Of a stretch of 64,000 bases of DNA, positions 9,039 to 19,275 are shown piece after piece (position 1 is the stretch's first letter; each line of letters opens with the position of its first letter). Source of the stretch: an uncultured Gemmatimonadaceae bacterium (GTDB taxonomy: Bacteria > Gemmatimonadota > Gemmatimonadetes > Gemmatimonadales > Gemmatimonadaceae); contig CAWGJO010000026.1 of assembly GCA_963822945.1 (NCBI GenBank), positions 64,001 through 128,000 of the forward strand, written 5' to 3'. A program made the position numbers and the translations under genes. The notes beneath the pieces are model-generated. The model was not told the DNA's origin. It ran no database searches and saw nothing but the letters and a program-made list of their open reading frames with translations.

Positions 9039-11750
9039 ATGATTCTCTCCGCCCTCCTCGTCGCCCTGCTGCAGCAGACGGGTGCACAGCAGCCCAGGCG
9101 CACCGTGCCCGATCCCGGCGTCATCGCCACCGACCAGCGCGTGACGCCTGCCGGTGTGCAGACCGTGTTCACCGGCCGCGTAGCCGGCGTGCGCTTTGCG
9201 GGCTCGGCCAGCCGCATCTGGGTGGCCGTGCCGCGCGCGGCCTACGAACTCGACTGGCGCGACAACCGTGTGCTCGCCACGGCCCACTTCGACGGCCGGC
9301 CGGGCGTGCACGGCGTGGTGGTGGACCCGCTCACCGGGCATGTACTCGTGTCGTCGGTGGGGCGGCTGCCCGCCGGGATGGAGAACAGCCGCACGCCCGG
9401 CACCGGTGCCATGCAACGCGGACGGGCGGTGTCTCAACTCACCGCCTACGCGCCCGGCGCATCGGCGAACGACTCCGCGGTGGCCACCATGAACTCGGGC
9501 GAACTCGGGTCGTACATGGCGGGCGGGCCCGCCGTGGCGCGCCGCCCCAACGCCTCGGGCCATCGCGTGGCCGTCCTGCCCCTGCCCGCCAACGACCAGT
9601 TGGCGATCGTTGACGCGGACTCGGGTACCGTACTGCGCACGCTCGACGTCGGTGTGCTGCCCGTGGCCGCGGTGATCGACGACGACGGCACCACCGCGTG
9701 GATCAGCAACTTCGGCGGGCCCAAGCCGGCCAGCGGCGACCGTGCGGCGCGCCAGTGCTGCGATCCGATGGCCGAGCCGGTGCGCATCGATGCGCGCGGC
9801 ATCGCCGAGCCGGGGACGGTGGCGGAGATCGATCTGGTCGCCGGTCGGATCGTGAAGAGCGTGGTCGTGGGGCGGCATCCCACCGGCATCGCGTGGGACC
9901 AGCGGCGTGGGCGTCTGTTCGTGGCCGACGGCAACTCCGACGCCATCACGATCGTGAACACGCGCACCGGTACCGTCACGGCCAGCGTGCGCGTTACGCC
10001 ATTCACGGAAACGCGCATCGGGCTCGCGCCCACCGCGGTGGCGCTCGCCCCCGACGGGCTCACGCTGTACGTGGCGCTGGGCGGGCTCAATGCGGTGGCG
10101 GTGTACGACGTCTCCACCGGGGCCGTGTTCAAGGGGCTGATTCCCACCGGCTGGTACCCGTCCTCGCTCGACGTCAGTCCCGACGGCTCGACGCTCGCGG
10201 TCGGCACGCTGCTCGGTGTTGGGTCGGGTACGGGCACCACGTCGGGCTCGCCCGGCAAGACGGGCCGGCAGGTGTACGCCGTGCGCGGTTCGGTGAACGT
10301 GATCCCCGTGCCCACCGACGCCGAACTGGCTGCGTACACCACCTCGGTGGCGCACAACAACCGGCTGCGTCTGGCGGGACCCGGCGCGGATTACCAGCCG
10401 GGCGTGCGCTCCGGCGAGCCCCCGCGTGCGGTGCCCGAGCGTCCCGGCGAGCCCTCGCTCATTCAGCACGTCGTGTTCATCGTCCGCGAGAACCGAACGT
10501 ACGATCAGGTGCTCGGCGACATGGGCCGCGGCGCCAGCGACAGTTCGCTCGTGATCTTCGGCCGCGACGTGACGCCGAATGCGCATGCGCTGGCCGACCA
10601 GTACGTGCTGCTCGACCACTTCTTCGCGTCGGGCGGCAACTCGGCCGACGGCCACCAGTGGCTCACGCAGGCCAACGAGACCGACTATCCGATGTGGCCC
10701 CTGTACCAGGGACGGAGCTATCCGTCGGAGGGAGACGACGCGCTGACGTACTCGCTGGGTGGATTCCTGTGGGAGAACGCCGAGCAGAAGGGGAAGTGGG
10801 TGTCGGTGTTCGGCGAGTACGCGCCGGCGCCGTCGGATTCCATCTCGTCGGTGCGACGCGACCTTCTGGCGCAGTATCGCGATTCGGCGGCGCATTCGCC
10901 GGCGTATTTCCGGACGCTCGCGCGTGCGCGCTACGACACGCACTCCGACATCCCGTCGCTCGACAAGGTGCTGGTGCGCGAGTATCCGGGGTGGACGCAG
11001 GAGATGCCCGACGTGGTGAAGGCCGACATCTTCGACGAGCACGTGAAGGAGTGGAACGCGGCGGACTCGATGCCGAACCTGGTGATGGTGATCCTGCCGA
11101 GCGACCACACCAACGGCACCGCACCGGGGTGGAGCACGCCGCGGGCGTCGGTGGCCGACAACGACCTCGCGCTGGGACACATGGTGGAGGCGCTGACGCA
11201 CTCGAAGTTCTGGCCCTCGATGGCGATCCTGGTGGTGGAGGACGACGCGCAGAACGGCGTGGACCACATCGACGGCCATCGCACCGTCGCCCTGGCGATC
11301 TCGCCCTATGCCCGGCGGCACGCCATCGACAGCACCTTCTACAGCCAGCCGAGCATGGTCAAGACCGTGGAGCTGATGCTGGGGCTGCCGGCGATGAGCA
11401 TGTTCGACCTCGTGGCCAAGGACATGCGCGCCAGCTTCCTCGATTGGAATGCGCGCCCCGACCTGACGCCGTACACGGCGATCGTACCCCGCCAGTCCAT
11501 CTACGAAGTGAACCCGCGCCTCGGGCAGCTCAGGGGCGCGGCGCGCGCGGGCGCGCTGGCCTCGTCGCGCATGCGTCTGGACGTGCCCGACGCGGCGCCG
11601 AGCGACGAGCTGAACCGCATTCTCTGGCACGACGTTCGCGGGTGGAATACGCCGTACCCGGGGGTGCACCACTCGCTCTTCTTCCCGATGTCGGTTGACC
11701 TGCCGGACGGGGACCGCGAAGAGCGGGGCGGGGCGCGTCGCGACCCGTAA
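9039..11750 (+). CDS. Bifunctional YncE/YVTN beta-propeller plus phosphoesterase (alkaline phosphatase superfamily) protein
   Basis: Propeller blades (VVVGRHPTGIA, GLIPTGWYP); HVVFIVRENRTYDQVLGD, SADGHQW, LPSDHT, ADNDLALG, EDDAQNGVDHIDGHR. Confidence 0.88.
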   Translation: MILSALLVALLQQTGAQQPRRTVPDPGVIATDQRVTPAGVQTVFTGRVAGVRFAGSASRIWVAVPRAAYELDWRDNRVLATAHFDGRPGVHGVVVDPLTGHVLVSSVGRLPAGMENSRTPGTGAMQRGRAVSQLTAYAPGASANDSAVATMNSGELGSYMAGGPAVARRPNASGHRVAVLPLPANDQLAIVDADSGTVLRTLDVGVLPVAAVIDDDGTTAWISNFGGPKPASGDRAARQCCDPMAEPVRIDARGIAEPGTVAEIDLVAGRIVKSVVVGRHPTGIAWDQRRGRLFVADGNSDAITIVNTRTGTVTASVRVTPFTETRIGLAPTAVALAPDGLTLYVALGGLNAVAVYDVSTGAVFKGLIPTGWYPSSLDVSPDGSTLAVGTLLGVGSGTGTTSGSPGKTGRQVYAVRGSVNVIPVPTDAELAAYTTSVAHNNRLRLAGPGADYQPGVRSGEPPRAVPERPGEPSLIQHVVFIVRENRTYDQVLGDMGRGASDSSLVIFGRDVTPNAHALADQYVLLDHFFASGGNSADGHQWLTQANETDYPMWPLYQGRSYPSEGDDALTYSLGGFLWENAEQKGKWVSVFGEYAPAPSDSISSVRRDLLAQYRDSAAHSPAYFRTLARARYDTHSDIPSLDKVLVREYPGWTQEMPDVVKADIFDEHVKEWNAADSMPNLVMVILPSDHTNGTAPGWSTPRASVADNDLALGHMVEALTHSKFWPSMAILVVEDDAQNGVDHIDGHRTVALAISPYARRHAIDSTFYSQPSMVKTVELMLGLPAMSMFDLVAKDMRASFLDWNARPDLTPYTAIVPRQSIYEVNPRLGQLRGAARAGALASSRMRLDVPDAAPSDELNRILWHDVRGWNTPYPGVHHSLFFPMSVDLPDGDREERGGARRDP

Positions 11751-11780
11751 CGGGCAGCAGGCCGCCGGATTCGCTATCGT

Positions 11781-12767
11781 ATGTCCATGCGAGTTCTGGC
11801 GGGGGACGTAGGGGGCACCAACGCGAGGCTGGCCATCGTCGAACTTGGCGATGGGTCGGCGCACCTGGTCCACGAGCGCGACTACGCGAGCGGCAAGGCC
11901 GACGGTCTCGCCCCGATCATCACGCGGTTTGCCGACGAGGTGGGGGAGCTTCCCTCGCGCGGGTGCATCGCGATCGCCGGCCCCGTGGTCGGCGACGAGG
12001 TGCAGGCCACCAACCTGCCGTGGGTAGTCAATCGTGCCGACGTGGCGCGGGCGGTGGGCATCGACCGGCTGGGATTGATCAACGACTTCTTCGCGGTCGG
12101 GGTCGGGCTCGAGCATCTCGAGGGGGCCGATCTGGTGACGCTGCAGCGCGGAGAGCCGGAGGAGCGCGGTCCGGTGGCGTATCTGGGCGCCGGGACGGGG
12201 CTGGGCGTCGGGTTCCGGCTGTGGTCCGGCGAGCGCTACCGCGTCTATGCCTCCGAGGGCGGACACGTGGACTTCGCCCCGCGCAACCGGCTGCAGGACG
12301 GGCTGCTGTCGTTCCTGCGGGGCAAGTACGGCCGCGCGTCGAACGAACGCATTCTCTCGGGCGCCGGACTGGCCGACCTCTACGCCTACCTGTCCACGGT
12401 GGCCGCGGCCGCCGAACCGCAGCCGGCCGTCGAACGCGAGATGCAGGAGCAGGATCCGGCCGCGGTGGTCACCACGCACGCACTGGCCGGCGACGACGCG
12501 CTGTGCGGGCTGGCGCTCGATCTGTTCGTGTCGGTGCTCGGCGCCGTCACCGGCAACCTGGCGCTGATCGCCGTGGCCACCGGCGGGGTGTTCATCGCCG
12601 GCGGTATCGCGCCGCGGATCGTGGAGCGGCTGCAGAGCCGGGCCTTTCTGGATGCCCTGCACGACCAGGGGCGCCTGTCGCCGATGGTGGCGAAGGCGCC
12701 CGTGCACGTGGTGATGAACACCAAGGTCGGCCTGCTCGGCGCCGCCGGATACGCGGCGCGCCACTGA
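11781..12767 (+). CDS. glk: Glucokinase
   Basis: LAGDVGGTNARLA, AIAGPV, TNLPW, INDF, GAGTGLG, SEGGH, ERILSGAGL, GGVFIAGGIAPRI. Confidence 0.93.
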   Translation: MSMRVLAGDVGGTNARLAIVELGDGSAHLVHERDYASGKADGLAPIITRFADEVGELPSRGCIAIAGPVVGDEVQATNLPWVVNRADVARAVGIDRLGLINDFFAVGVGLEHLEGADLVTLQRGEPEERGPVAYLGAGTGLGVGFRLWSGERYRVYASEGGHVDFAPRNRLQDGLLSFLRGKYGRASNERILSGAGLADLYAYLSTVAAAAEPQPAVEREMQEQDPAAVVTTHALAGDDALCGLALDLFVSVLGAVTGNLALIAVATGGVFIAGGIAPRIVERLQSRAFLDALHDQGRLSPMVAKAPVHVVMNTKVGLLGAAGYAARH

Positions 12768-12778
12768 TCAACTGCTCT

Positions 12779-12907
12779 TCAGCCCTCTCCGCATCCGTAC
12801 TTGGGTCCGGTGAGGGCGAGTTCCTCGTGGAGCACGCTTAGCAGCGGCCGTCCCGGGTCCACGTCCACTTCGTGGTGCTTGCCGTTCACGTCGAGCGCGA
12901 TGCGCAT
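12779..12907 (-). pseudogene. Truncated (2Fe-2S)-binding small subunit of the CoxS/IorA/xanthine dehydrogenase family
   Basis: GAGGAGG RBS then [42 protein letters not shown]; stops after the first Cys of the GCxxGxCGAC motif and abuts the glk 3' end. Confidence 0.8.
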
Positions 12908-12975
12908 GGCTCGGTCCTCCTCGGCTGACCGGTACGATTTCGAATGTTCGGGCGTGTCCGGAATCGCGGGCAGCC

Positions 12976-13013
12976 GGTGCGGTTTTCGCACCCCCGGGTG
13001 CGGGTTCGGCAGC
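12976..13013. promoter_or_regulatory. Tandem palindromic sites, candidate enhancer (UAS) for a sigma-54 activator
   Basis: GGTGCG-gtttt-CGCACC (12976-12992, perfect inverted repeat) and GGTGCG-ggttc-GGCAGC (12997-13013), spaced 21 bp apart and upstream of the -24/-12 element. Confidence 0.6.
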
Positions 13014-13066
13014 CCCCGCCCACCGCCTCATCAGGCGAAGTCATTCCGATACGAACACTTAGCCGG

Positions 13067-13082
13067 TGGCATGCGTATTGCT
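13067..13082 (+). promoter_or_regulatory. Sigma-54 (RpoN) -24/-12 promoter
   Basis: TGGCATGCGTATTGCT: GG at 13068-69 and GC at 13080-81, exactly 10 nt apart, about 65 nt before the adaptor-gene ATG. Confidence 0.8.
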
Positions 13083-13147
13083 TTTGGAGAAGGACAGCGA
13101 CCACGCTCGATGGCGTGGAGACTCACTCGAGAGGGATGCATCCAGCT

Positions 13148-14458
13148 ATGAAACGAATCATCATCGCAATTGTCGTGATCGCGGCCGTGGGCGCCGGCGT
13201 GTTCTATTTCAAGCGGCAGGCATCGGCCGACCCGACCACGTATCTGTTCGTTCCCGTGACGCGGGGCGATATCGAGGCGACCGTGAGCGCCACCGGCAAC
13301 CTGAGCGCCGTGGACTCGGTGCAGGTGGGCACCCAGGTGTCCGGCCGCATCGACGCGCTGTATGCCGACTTCAACGATCACGTGCGCAAGGGCGAGCTCA
13401 TCGCGCGACTGGACACCACCGTGCTGCAGCTTTCCGTGGACCGCGCCAAGGCTGCGGCGGCCCAGGGTGTGGCGAGTCTCCGTCAGACGAAGTTTGCGCT
13501 GGAGCAGACGGAGCGCCTGTTGGCCACCAAGGCGGCCACGCAGACGGACTACGAGGGCGCGGTGGCCGCGTTCGCGGTGGCGCAGGCGAACCTGAAGTCC
13601 GACTCGGTCCAGTTGAAGGAGGCGGTGCAGAACCTCAACTACGCCACCATCTACTCGCCCATCAACGGCATCGTGATCAAGCGTAGCGTGGATGTGGGGC
13701 AGACGGTGGCCGCGAGCTTCTCGGCGCCCGAACTGTTCCTCATTGCCGGCGACCTCAAGGACATGCAGATCGTGGCGTCGGTGGACGAGTCGGACATCGG
13801 AGAGATCCACAAGGGGCAGGACGTCACCTTCACGGTGGAGGCGTATCCCAACCGCGTGTACCACGGCACGGTGAGCCAGGTGCGGCTGCAGTCCACGACC
13901 TCCGACAACGTGGTGAACTACCCGGTCGTGGTGGGTGTGAAGAATCAGGACGGTTCCCTGCTGCCCGGCATGACGGCGACGGCGAACTTCCAGATCGCGC
14001 AGGCAAAGAACGTGCTCAAGGTGCCCACCGGGGCGCTGCGCTTCCAGCCGACGCAGGAGATGGTGGCGGAGATGCGCGCCGAGTACGCGGCGCGCGGTGA
14101 TACCGCCGGGCGCGCGGGCCGGGCCGGTGGTGAATCCGCGGCGGCCGGCGAGCGGCGCGGCGGCAACGGCGGCTTCGGCGGTGCCAGAGCGGGCGGTCGG
14201 GGCGGCAACGGGGGGCAGCGTCCAGCGGACGTGGGCATGCTGTGGTACGTCGGGCAGAACGGCAAGCTGGCCGTGGCGCGCGTGCACACCGGGCTGACCG
14301 ACGGGCAGTACACCGAGGTCTCGGGTCCGGACCTGAAGGAAGGGATGCAGATCATCGCCGCGGTGACCGGCGGATCGATGGCCGCCGGCGGCGCCCAGAA
14401 TCCGTTCTCGGGCCAGCAGGGTCGCGGCGGCCGCGGCGGATTCCGCGGAGGGTTCTAA
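13148..14458 (+). CDS. MacA-like periplasmic adaptor (membrane fusion protein)
   Basis: N-terminal anchor; VQVGTQVSGRI, TIYSPINGIVI, GQTVAASFSAPELF, VDESDIG, LLPGMTA; Gly/Arg-rich insert and tail. Confidence 0.92.
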   Translation: MKRIIIAIVVIAAVGAGVFYFKRQASADPTTYLFVPVTRGDIEATVSATGNLSAVDSVQVGTQVSGRIDALYADFNDHVRKGELIARLDTTVLQLSVDRAKAAAAQGVASLRQTKFALEQTERLLATKAATQTDYEGAVAAFAVAQANLKSDSVQLKEAVQNLNYATIYSPINGIVIKRSVDVGQTVAASFSAPELFLIAGDLKDMQIVASVDESDIGEIHKGQDVTFTVEAYPNRVYHGTVSQVRLQSTTSDNVVNYPVVVGVKNQDGSLLPGMTATANFQIAQAKNVLKVPTGALRFQPTQEMVAEMRAEYAARGDTAGRAGRAGGESAAAGERRGGNGGFGGARAGGRGGNGGQRPADVGMLWYVGQNGKLAVARVHTGLTDGQYTEVSGPDLKEGMQIIAAVTGGSMAAGGAQNPFSGQQGRGGRGGFRGGF

Positions 14459-14459
14459 C

Positions 14460-15224
<765 letters not shown>

Positions 15225-15225
15225 C

Positions 15226-16443
15226 ATGAAAGCCTCTCGACTCATCAACATTGCGGGCAAGAGCATCCTGAAGAACAAGATGCGCACCCTGCTCACGATG
15301 CTCGGCATCATCATCGGCGTGGGCGCCGTGATCGTCATGGTCGCGGTGGGCCAGGGGGCCAAGTCCGAGATCCAGCGCCGCATCGACAACCTCGGCACCA
15401 ACATGGTGGTCGTCACACCGGGGGCGATCAATCAGGGCGGCGTGAGCCAGGGCGCCGGCAGCTCCAACCGGCTCACGATCGAGGACTACAAGGTGCTGGC
15501 GCAGCAGGCGCTGCTGCTGCAGCACGTATCGCCGGTGGTGATCACCTTCGCCCACATCGTGGGCGGCACCGGCAACTGGCGCACCGGCATCCAGGGCGTG
15601 ACGCCCGACTTCGCCGACATCCGCGCCTGGAAGGTTGCGTCGGGCCGGTTCTTCGACCAGGCCGACGTGAATTCCAACGCGCGCGTGATCGTGATCGGCA
15701 AGACGGTGGCCAACAACCTGTGGCCCAATCAGGATCCGGTGGGGCAGGAGGTCCGGATCAACCGCGTGCCGGTGAAGATCATCGGCGTGCTGGCGCCCAA
15801 GGGACAGACGGCCGAAGGCAACGACCAGGACGACGTGATCCTGGCGCCGTACACCACGGTGCGGACCCGGATGTCCCGCCACCAGTTCATTCCGCAGATC
15901 ATCGCCAGCACGGCCTCCAAGGAGCAGATCCCCGCCGCCGAGGCGGAGATCACGCAGATCCTGCGCGGCGCGCACAAGCTGGCGTCGTACGACCCGAACG
16001 ACTTCACGGTTCGCAATCAGACGGATCTCGCCCAGGCTGCGTCGGGCACGGCGGACGTGATGACGCTGCTGCTCGCGGCCATCGCCAGCATCTCGCTGCT
16101 CGTGGGCGGCATCGGCATCATGAACATCATGCTCGTGTCGGTCACCGAGCGGACGCGTGAGATCGGAATCCGGATGGCGATCGGGGCCCGCGGCACCGAC
16201 GTGCTCACCCAGTTCCTGGTCGAGGCGATCGTGATGAGCATCATCGGCGGGCTGTTCGGCGTCGGTCTCGGCTATGCCGGGTCGGCGATCGTGCAGCATA
16301 CGACGGGCTGGCAGACGTCCATCGAGCCGGCCATGGTGGGCATCGCCATCGGCTTCTCGGCGGCGGTGGGGATCTTCTTCGGGTACTATCCGGCGCGGAA
16401 GGCGGCGGCGCTGGATCCCATTCAGGCTCTGCGGTACGAGTAG
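15226..16443 (+). CDS. ABC transporter permease (MacB/FtsX type)
   Basis: NKMRTLLTMLGIIIGV; ISLLVGGIGIMNIMLVSVTERTREIGIRMAIGA; GYYPARKAAALDPIQALRYE. Confidence 0.95.
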   Translation: MKASRLINIAGKSILKNKMRTLLTMLGIIIGVGAVIVMVAVGQGAKSEIQRRIDNLGTNMVVVTPGAINQGGVSQGAGSSNRLTIEDYKVLAQQALLLQHVSPVVITFAHIVGGTGNWRTGIQGVTPDFADIRAWKVASGRFFDQADVNSNARVIVIGKTVANNLWPNQDPVGQEVRINRVPVKIIGVLAPKGQTAEGNDQDDVILAPYTTVRTRMSRHQFIPQIIASTASKEQIPAAEAEITQILRGAHKLASYDPNDFTVRNQTDLAQAASGTADVMTLLLAAIASISLLVGGIGIMNIMLVSVTERTREIGIRMAIGARGTDVLTQFLVEAIVMSIIGGLFGVGLGYAGSAIVQHTTGWQTSIEPAMVGIAIGFSAAVGIFFGYYPARKAAALDPIQALRYE

Positions 16444-16569
16444 ACGGTGCACGGTGGCACGGATCGGGCCGGCGGGGCGGACACGATGGTCGCTCCGATT
16501 CCCGCGGCCCCGTATATTCGCACCTCGGCCCCGGACACTTCCGTTCGGGGCAGCGCCGATGGGGAGTTC

Positions 16570-17826
16570 ATGCGGACTTCTCGGGTGGGCCGCTGGGCCC
16601 GTTGGGGATGGCTGGCCACGACGTTCGCCATGGGCGCGGCCCTGCTCGCGACGGCGTGGACCAGCCGCGTGCGCGTGGACCGTGCGGCCTCGACCCTGAA
16701 TCGCGGCCAGGCCGGCGTGCTGCTGGAATCGGCGCGACAACTCGTTCGCGAACTCCCATCGCCCATCAACTCCGCGCAACTCGACTCGCTGCTCCGGCTG
16801 CGTGAGGATGCCGGGTTGCGCTACGTCGGCGTGTTCAATTCCGACGGCACGCCGATTGCCGAGGCCGGCACGCCGCTGGGCGCGGTGCAGTTGGCGCACG
16901 GGCACTTCGATCCGGGGCCGCCGGTGGCGGCGAACGTCGGGTCGCGCATCCGGATCACGGCCCCCGCACCGTCGGAGCGTGGATCGTTCGGCGAGGATCG
17001 CCGTGGGCGCCGCCGGTTCCTGGCCGTCGAGTTCGAGCCGGTGGTGGCCGAACAGATGGCGGCCGATTCCACGAACACGTTGCTGCTCTCGGCGCTGATG
17101 GCCGCTGCGCTGCTGGCTGCCGCGTTCGTGTTCTGGCGGCTCTCGGTGCAGCAGGAGCAGGCCGAGCGGCGGCTCGAAGACCAGCGCCGCCTCAGCGCGC
17201 TGGGCGAGATGGCGGGCGTGATGGCGCACGAGATCCGCAACCCGCTGGCGTCGCTCAAGGGGCACGCGCAACTGCTCGCCGAACGGCTGCGCGGAGGCAA
17301 CGAGGCCGAGCGACGCAAGGCCGATCGGGTGGTGCACGAAGCCGAGCGGCTCGAGGCACTCACCACCGATCTGCTCGACTTCGTGCGCTCGGGGCCCATC
17401 GACGTGACCCCGTCCGATCCCAGGGCGCTGGTGTCGGCGTGCGTGGACGAGGTGGGGGCGGACGCGTTCTCGCTCGACCTCGACGCGGCACCGGCCAGTT
17501 GGCCCTTCGATCAGGCGCGCATGCGACAGGCGCTCACCAACGTGCTCCGCAACGCCCAGCAGGCCACGGCGGCGGGCACGCGTCCCGAGGTGGCGGTGTG
17601 CGAGCGCCGTGGGCAGCTCGAGATCAGCGTGCGCGACTTCGGCAGTGGGATTCCCGCCGGCGACGAGCAGAAGATCTTCACGCCCTTCTACACGACGCGC
17701 ACCACGGGCACCGGGCTCGGGTTGGCCGTGGCGCAGCGCGTGACGCAGATGCACGGAGGGACGATCACCGCCGCGAACCACGAGGGCGGTGGGGCGGTGT
17801 TCCGCATCACGCTGCCGCGGAGCTGA
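16570..17826 (+). CDS. Two-component sensor histidine kinase (NtrB/ZraS-like, 2 TM)
   Basis: Two TM segments; H-box [17 protein letters not shown]-box [25 protein letters not shown]. Confidence 0.92.
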   Translation: MRTSRVGRWARWGWLATTFAMGAALLATAWTSRVRVDRAASTLNRGQAGVLLESARQLVRELPSPINSAQLDSLLRLREDAGLRYVGVFNSDGTPIAEAGTPLGAVQLAHGHFDPGPPVAANVGSRIRITAPAPSERGSFGEDRRGRRRFLAVEFEPVVAEQMAADSTNTLLLSALMAAALLAAAFVFWRLSVQQEQAERRLEDQRRLSALGEMAGVMAHEIRNPLASLKGHAQLLAERLRGGNEAERRKADRVVHEAERLEALTTDLLDFVRSGPIDVTPSDPRALVSACVDEVGADAFSLDLDAAPASWPFDQARMRQALTNVLRNAQQATAAGTRPEVAVCERRGQLEISVRDFGSGIPAGDEQKIFTPFYTTRTTGTGLGLAVAQRVTQMHGGTITAANHEGGGAVFRITLPRS

Positions 17827-17834
17827 CGCGCGCG

Positions 17835-19190
17835 ATGGCGAAGATCCTCGTGGCGGACGACGAGCAGGGATTGCGCGAATTCGTGGCCGAGGCGCTCGAG
17901 GACGACGGCCACACCGTGGTGGCGGTGGCCGACGGCCAGGAGGCCGCGCGCCGGATCTCGCGCGAGAGCTTCGACCTGCTGATCTCCGACCTGCGGATGC
18001 CGAAGCTGGACGGACTGGGCGTGCTGCGCCACGCGCGCACCGAACAGCCCGAGATGGAGGTCATCCTGCTCACCGCGCACGGCTCGGTGGAGAGCGCGGT
18101 GGAGGCCATGAAGCTCGGTGCGTTCGACTACCTGGAGAAGCCGATCAGCAGCCCGCGCGAACTGCGGCTCCTGGCCGCGCGCGCGCTCGAACGACGGACG
18201 CTTCTTGCCGCAAGAGACCGCGCGGCGCGCGAGGCGGAGCCACTCCCCCCGCTGTCGTACGGGGATCCGGCCATGGAGCCGGTGGTGGAGGCGCTCCGCA
18301 AAGTGGCGCCGACCAATGCCAGCGTGCTGCTCATCGGCGAGAGCGGCACCGGCAAGGAAGTGGCGGCCCGCACGCTGCACGCGTGGAGTGCCCGCGCGGG
18401 CGGCCCGTTCGTGGCGGTGAACTGCGCGGCGCTTCCCGAAACGTTGCTCGAGAGCGAGTTGTTCGGACACGAGAAGGGGGCGTTCACCGGCGCCAGCGCG
18501 GCACGGCGGGGGCGCATCGAACTGGCCGACGGCGGCACGTTCTTTCTGGACGAGATCGGCGAGATGAAGCCCGAGGTCCAGGCCAAGCTGCTCCGCGTGA
18601 TCCAGGATCGCCGCTTCGAGCGCGTGGGCGGCACGCGAACCATCGAGTCCGATGTGCGCTGGGTGGCGGCGACCAATCGCGACCCCGCCGAACTGCGGGC
18701 CTCGGGAGCGTTGCGCGAGGATCTGTACCACCGGCTGGCGGTATTCCCCATCCATCTGCCGCCCCTGCGCGACCGGCCGCGCGACATCCTGCCGCTGGCC
18801 GAGACCCTGCTCCGCCGAATCGGAGCGCAGATGGGGAGAGCCCACCTGGAACTCGACGACGAGGCGAAGCGTCTCATCCAGTACGCGGAGTGGCCCGGCA
18901 ACGTGCGCGAGCTGGCCAACGCGCTGGAGCGCGCGGCCATTCTCGCCGGCGCATCGCTCATCCGGGGCAGCGACATCCAGTCGCCCAACGGTACCGGCGC
19001 CGCCAAACCGATACCCGCCGCCGCCGGCGCGGCCAACGGCCCGCGCGCGTTGGCGACGATGGAGCGCGATGCCATCGCCGCCGCGCTGGCCGCCACCGGG
19101 GGCAACCGGCGCGAGGCAGCGGAGCGGCTCGGCATCGGCCTGCGCACGCTCTACGACAAGTTGAAGCGGTATCGACTCGAAGATCAGTGA
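17835..19190 (+). CDS. Sigma-54-dependent response regulator (NtrC/ZraR/AtoC family)
   Basis: Receiver domain (ADDE, DLRMP); [40 protein letters not shown]-terminal Fis-type HTH. Confidence 0.95.
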   Translation: MAKILVADDEQGLREFVAEALEDDGHTVVAVADGQEAARRISRESFDLLISDLRMPKLDGLGVLRHARTEQPEMEVILLTAHGSVESAVEAMKLGAFDYLEKPISSPRELRLLAARALERRTLLAARDRAAREAEPLPPLSYGDPAMEPVVEALRKVAPTNASVLLIGESGTGKEVAARTLHAWSARAGGPFVAVNCAALPETLLESELFGHEKGAFTGASAARRGRIELADGGTFFLDEIGEMKPEVQAKLLRVIQDRRFERVGGTRTIESDVRWVAATNRDPAELRASGALREDLYHRLAVFPIHLPPLRDRPRDILPLAETLLRRIGAQMGRAHLELDDEAKRLIQYAEWPGNVRELANALERAAILAGASLIRGSDIQSPNGTGAAKPIPAAAGAANGPRALATMERDAIAAALAATGGNRREAAERLGIGLRTLYDKLKRYRLEDQ

Positions 19191-19199
19191 GAGGGCAAG

Positions 19200-19240
19200 C
19201 AGCGAGGCGGTGAGGGGGTGAACCCCTCACCGCCTCGCTG
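19200..19240. terminator. Perfect 18-bp inverted repeat between convergent genes (probable bidirectional terminator)
   Basis: CAGCGAGGCGGTGAGGGG-gtgaa-CCCCTCACCGCCTCGCTG; no U-tract. Confidence 0.7.
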
Positions 19241-19275
19241 TCCGACTGTCCGACTGTCCGACTGTCCGACTGTCC
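19238..19275. repeat. Tandem CTGTCCGA x4 plus partial unit
   Basis: ctgtccga at 19238, 19246, 19254 and 19262, then ctgtcc running into the amidohydrolase stop codon. Confidence 0.95.

Noticed and set aside
8361..12764. Very long antisense ORFs (1467 aa here; also 48990..52088, 15139..17781, 31159..33330 and others)
   Set aside because: Shadow frames of real high-GC genes; Arg/Gly/His-rich translations without motifs, lying opposite well-supported CDS
12779..12781. TGA inside a Cys motif as possible selenocysteine readthrough
   Set aside because: The TGA is not at a Cys position of GCxxGxCGAC, and the downstream reading (RAVDQWRAA) has no 2Fe-2S similarity and runs antisense into glk
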